Below, piece after piece: positions 59,501 to 64,000 of a stretch of DNA of 64,000 nucleotides. Position 1 is the stretch's first letter; each line of letters opens with the position of its first letter. The position numbers and the translations under genes were made by a program. The notes beneath the pieces are model-generated. The model saw only the letters and a program-made list of their open reading frames with translations, was not told the origin of the DNA and made no database searches. The stretch is from Balanoglossus misakiensis (lineage: Eukaryota > Animalia > Hemichordata): NCBI GenBank assembly GCA_040954595.2, contig CM082584.2:5088110-5152109 (forward strand), given 5' to 3'.

Positions 59501-62500
59501 AGAAACACAAATGAAAGATCATACATACCACAGCATCAGCATAGTGAGGATATTCACGGTAAGGCATTCCGAACCGAAGCCTTCCTTTCTGGAATGCACT
59601 CATGATGTAATTATTCACTGTGAAATATAAGCAAATTATTAATATTATGTGTACACTGGTACGTCTACTGACAGTCGCAGCTATGACTACAATTAAACGT
59701 TGATTTGAACATTATCTAAATTAGGATGATATATAGTAAGATGCACACCAGTATGGATATTTATTTTTCATGAACTGACTTTCTGCTCATACGATTATGT
59801 TATATTTTTTTGTTGCATATATCCCTTTTCCTTTTGTTTTATAGTTTACAACATTCTATGACACTGCACATAATGTTTTTGTCAGTCCATCTCAAATACT
59901 GCAATACTGTATTGTGTTGCGTTGCATTGTGTTGTGTTATGTTGTGCTGTCTTGATAGTGACATTAGGGGAAGCAGTCAACATGTATTACAAGTGCTTTA
60001 GTCAAAACTTACTTTTTCTGGAAACTCCAGCCCCTAAATTATGCGTCAGATCAAATGGATCTTCAATGGCAATGCACTTGGACGTCCACATCTTTTCAAA
60101 CCTTGTCAGTGGCTGCAGTTGTCTGATGCTGATCACGTTCTCCTTGAAGTTGAACTCCTCTGTGTAGAACTTCAACAATCCCAGCCACAGTTCACCGACC
60201 GACTCATGGTTCTTGCCGTAATCTGGCCACACCTTGGCCTGCCACAGAAACACATACAAACACCATCAGGCCAGTCAGCAACCATAATCACATCAAACTA
60301 TAGAAAGATTTCCTGTCTGATATTCAGAATAAAACTTTCACTTTAACCTTTTCACCACAATGGTTCAGTCCAAACTTGTTGTTGTCTATGGTAAGGCTGG
60401 ACCTCTTAAGAGGAAACTGGGGGTGAAAGGGTCATTGCTTTGCTAGAAATGCAAAATAAACATGGACTGACATACTTGGAGAGACAGACAGACAGACAAA
60501 GACAGACAGGAATATAGTTTGTATGTTATTTCACAACAGCACATGGTCTAATACACTCAAACCTGTCTATAGTGGCCAGTCAAGGGAGTTTCCTAAACTG
60601 GCCTTTATAGACAGGTGGCCTTTACAGACAAAAGTCACTCTATGCAGGTGTAAATTGCACAGGGACTGTATCAACGTGACCACTACAGACAAGATTCCAT
60701 TATTTAGAGATGGCTACTACCATTGGTTTGACTGTAGTTTGGCTGTTCAGGTGTGATTCACTGTACAGGAAAGAAATGTGTCTGCATAGCCCAACAGTCA
60801 CGTCTGAAAGACTTAAATTCAGCTTACATTCCTCGTTGGTGAATGAACAAGACAACAAGTCCAGTTGGTTTGCTTTGGGATGACGGCAAATAGTTGATAA
60901 AACAAAACATGGAGACGAATCTTACCAGATTACCAATATCATCATAAAACCAGGCATTCCAGTTATCCACAATCCGTTCAGGTTTCTCATCACCATCATG
61001 TAACTGCAGATTAAAAAGAACATAGTTATGGGTTTGAGTTTTAATCTTTTTACGCTTTAACTGATGGCTGACAACACAACGAAAATCTGATGCTTACTCT
61101 TCAGTTATGTAGATAAGAAACAGATTGTCAGTGGTGTTGTGTATTATGTAGAATGTTTTAAGGTGCATGTGGCAGGTGAGACCAAACAATGCAGTACCAT
61201 GAAGGAAATAGTCGACAGACTGTTTAAACTTGGAATGGAAATCGAACAATGGTCGAACACACACGTACATGTACTACTACACACGCACGCATGCATGCAC
61301 ACACACACATGCACAAACATTGGACTTTTTGCTGCACATCATTGCTTTCTGATAATCTTATTTATCTGAGAATAAATAAACAACCATGATCAAATCACTC
61401 ACCCACAACAGATTGTCACTCACAAAAATACAGTCTTTTCAAACATAAAAAATACAAATCTTCTATATGTTTTGTAAGGCGTGCACAGTCATGCAATGTA
61501 GAGACTAATGAATTTACCTCTTGCAAGACAGGTATGACGGGCGGTTTTCTTTGTTGTAGAAAGAAAAGCATCATCAAAATGTATGCATACGATGAGAGAC
61601 TTCCCCTGCTGGCATCACCGATATCACACATCTAGCAACAAAAACACATCAAGAAATGCAAATATGTTAGTGACACAATTCTTATGTGAGCGACAGAATT
61701 TCAAGATGGCAAATTTCTGCTGTGTTTGATAAAATGGGAGTTCAGAAGCTTATTATTAATGTAAGGTTATACTGAAATTTTGTTGTAGAAAAAATAACCA
61801 AATGTGAATAAGTTGATTGAGTTCTATATGCCAACTCAAAAGAATTTTTTTACAAGCAAGAAGTCATGAAATAAAGATAACATATCATCACTTCAACTCT
61901 TACTACAGTGAGTTGTTGACTTTTTATAGTCTAATACCCAAATGCAATTATGTGATTGACCCCCCCAATGGCCCTCATCAACTATTTATGGTAGATTCTA
62001 AGAAAGAATTTCATTTCATCTAGTTTGTATCACCAGCGCCATCAATAACCATTGGTATATCACCTATTTGATTAGGGTTTTAGCCCTATTAACATGCACC
62101 GTGATTAGGCAAACATATTACTCAATTTTAAGCACCACCAACATTTGAACATGTTGCAAAGTGGAGCTTAAATACAGTACTGGTACTCACCTTTGCAAAG
62201 ACTTTGATGGTATACCCAAGTTGTTTGACTCTCACATCGATATCAGCATAGGCACCTAACATCTTGGTATTGTGCTGTGCGAGTGTGTTGTACAAACTGA
62301 TATCTCCCTCCAGTTGACCTTTCCTCAAAGTGAATTTCACAATGGGTACTTTGGCAGTTGGGATTGGAACAACTCCATACAGACCGTGATATTTCTTGAT
62401 CTTTCCTGCAAGTTGCTCAATGATTTCTGGGGCTGGCCTCTGCAATCCCTGTGCAAGAACCACATTGGATATTTGTGATTTACCACCACTACAAATGTTG

Positions 62501-64000
62501 TCTGGTCAGATCAGACATGTGGTCTTTTATAAGTAAATGTGTAATTAGTGGTTGCTCAGATAGGTTCAAATGCTGCACCAGATTTTTTTTTACCAATGAA
62601 CATATTTACGCTATTTATCATGGATTTGATGATTCCGATAGAAGGTGTCGTACATGTATTTGCCAACTCATCTGGATGACGAGTGTTAAACTCAGTTTAT
62701 ATAGAGTTGACTGCTAAGCACAGTAAGTTGATGGAGACATCTAAATGAATCATTCACGCATACATTTACTCACCTCAGATGTCTCAATACCTTTGTACGT
62801 CATACAGATATCCAAGTCACTATCATTGAATCCAAATCCATTCATGGAGGATCCAAATAGACACAGTTCAGCATCAGCTGTGGGCGCGAAATCAAATTAC
62901 AGCAAATTTAGAAAAACCTTTGAAATGGATGTCAATAAAAAAGAATGCACAGCTTACTTTGTAAATTCTTTAAATTTCATGTTAGTTTCATACAGGCACA
63001 AACAACAAATCACACAGCAAGAAGTCTAGAAACTGATTTACAAAATGTATTATGTACAGAGCTCTCTTCTATAATAGTTATCATTTTTACCTCTTTTGAG
63101 GTCTTACCTTACCATGGAAAACAGGGAGTTAGGACTGAACCATTGTGGTGAAAGGGTTGAATGCTAAATGACTTACGATCAATCTGTTTCTGGATGAATT
63201 TCTCCAAGTCTCTCATGATGTCCTCTCTCATATTCACTTCTCTTTCACTTGGAGCGTGGATTGCTGTAATGCAGAACACGTTTGATCAGTCTTGGATACT
63301 TAGCCCAACTCTAATATTGTAATATGAGTTTTAAATATTGTTTTGCTCGGTGATATTGATCTGATTTGAATCGATTTGATCTAACGTACTTTGGATGATA
63401 AAAAATCACAAGAATCATGTGACTATCACTGTACTAGAAAAACATAGAAATGACAAAAAATGTATTTGCACTGTGATGATCCTAGAAGAAATAATCAGGA
63501 AAACATCAAAAAATACATCAACTGTCTGTAATCATTTGTTCCTTCTGATGAGATGAGCATACTATGTGACCTACTTAACATGCTTCGGCAAAGATGGTCA
63601 ATTCTTCTAATGTTATCTGCAGGTAACTTTGGTAGCTTTGGAAGATTTGGCACTCTGTCATCTGGACAGTTCTGTCAAAGTAAAAATGATAATATTATAT
63701 TACAGTAAAACCTATAATTGTATCTAAAATAAAACCTGCAGGAAAAGACAATTGAAAAAATAATTACCTGGAAACCATGACCTTCTCTCTTACAAGAGTT
63801 ACATACTATCATTGGTTTCTTTCCTCCGTTGGTTAAGATAATCTGATCGAAGACAAATTCCATCAGAGTATCATAATCCATCTCTTCCACAAATTCCTTG
63901 GTGTCTGTCTGCCTGGTGTCTGCACCTTCACCGCCATGCACATCTGTTTCATTGCCAACGATTTTATCCTTTCTGACACCATCATTATCAAAACCGGCAT
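56569..64000 (-). CDS. Terminal uridylyltransferase 4/7-like (ZCCHC11/ZCCHC6), 3' portion; the 5' end lies beyond the window
   Basis: Exons (minus strand): >64000-63768, 63671-63575, 63263-63177, 62877-62774, 62448-62191, 61631-61518, 61003-60926, 60238-60013, 59617-59529, 58761-58590, ~58178-57836, 57442-57354, 56903-56569. CCHC knuckle CNSCKREGHGFQNC; NTase motif LFGSSMNGFGFNDSDLDI; AKVPIVKF..GDISLYN; IGDASRGSLSSYAY; PAP-associated IEDPFDLTHNLGAGVSRKM; second knuckle CRICGKIGHYMKDC. Confidence 0.93.
60552..60736. mobile_element. TA-flanked Tc1/mariner-type MITE in a TUT intron
   Basis: tacactcaaacc ... ggtttgactgta. Confidence 0.6.

Overview
AT-rich, intron-rich animal DNA. An invertebrate deuterostome (hemichordate or echinoderm) is my inference from gene content, not something the sequence proves. 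All gene models were spliced by hand. The left half (1-31.4 kb) is a tandem pair of closely related Tie/TEK-like ectodomain genes (signal peptide, Ig-Ig, 4 EGF-like, Ig, FN3 repeats) with completely different C-termini. Copy A (543-16539, 29 exons, ~1464 aa) is a furin-cleavable single-pass receptor with juxtamembrane ITIM/ITAM-like tyrosines and one D2-type, probably inactive, tyrosine-phosphatase domain in place of the Tie kinase. Copy B (17869-31075, 16 exons, ~1039 aa) shares exons 1-13, then splices in frame to HYR-HYR-Sushi exons and stops with no TM segment, so it is predicted to be secreted. Amino-acid changes between the copies cluster in the Ig and EGF exons, intron identity is patchy, and the window start looks like the 3' end of a further upstream copy. 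Together this is a candidate diversifying receptor/soluble-decoy locus. The right half holds housekeeping genes: VCP/p97 (-), head-to-head with a LEPROT/LEPROTL1 (Vps55) gene (+), and the 3' part of a TUT4/TUT7-type uridylyltransferase (-). Introns carry many non-autonomous DNA transposons (Mutator-, Kolobok-, piggyBac-, Tc1/mariner- and Helentron-like).
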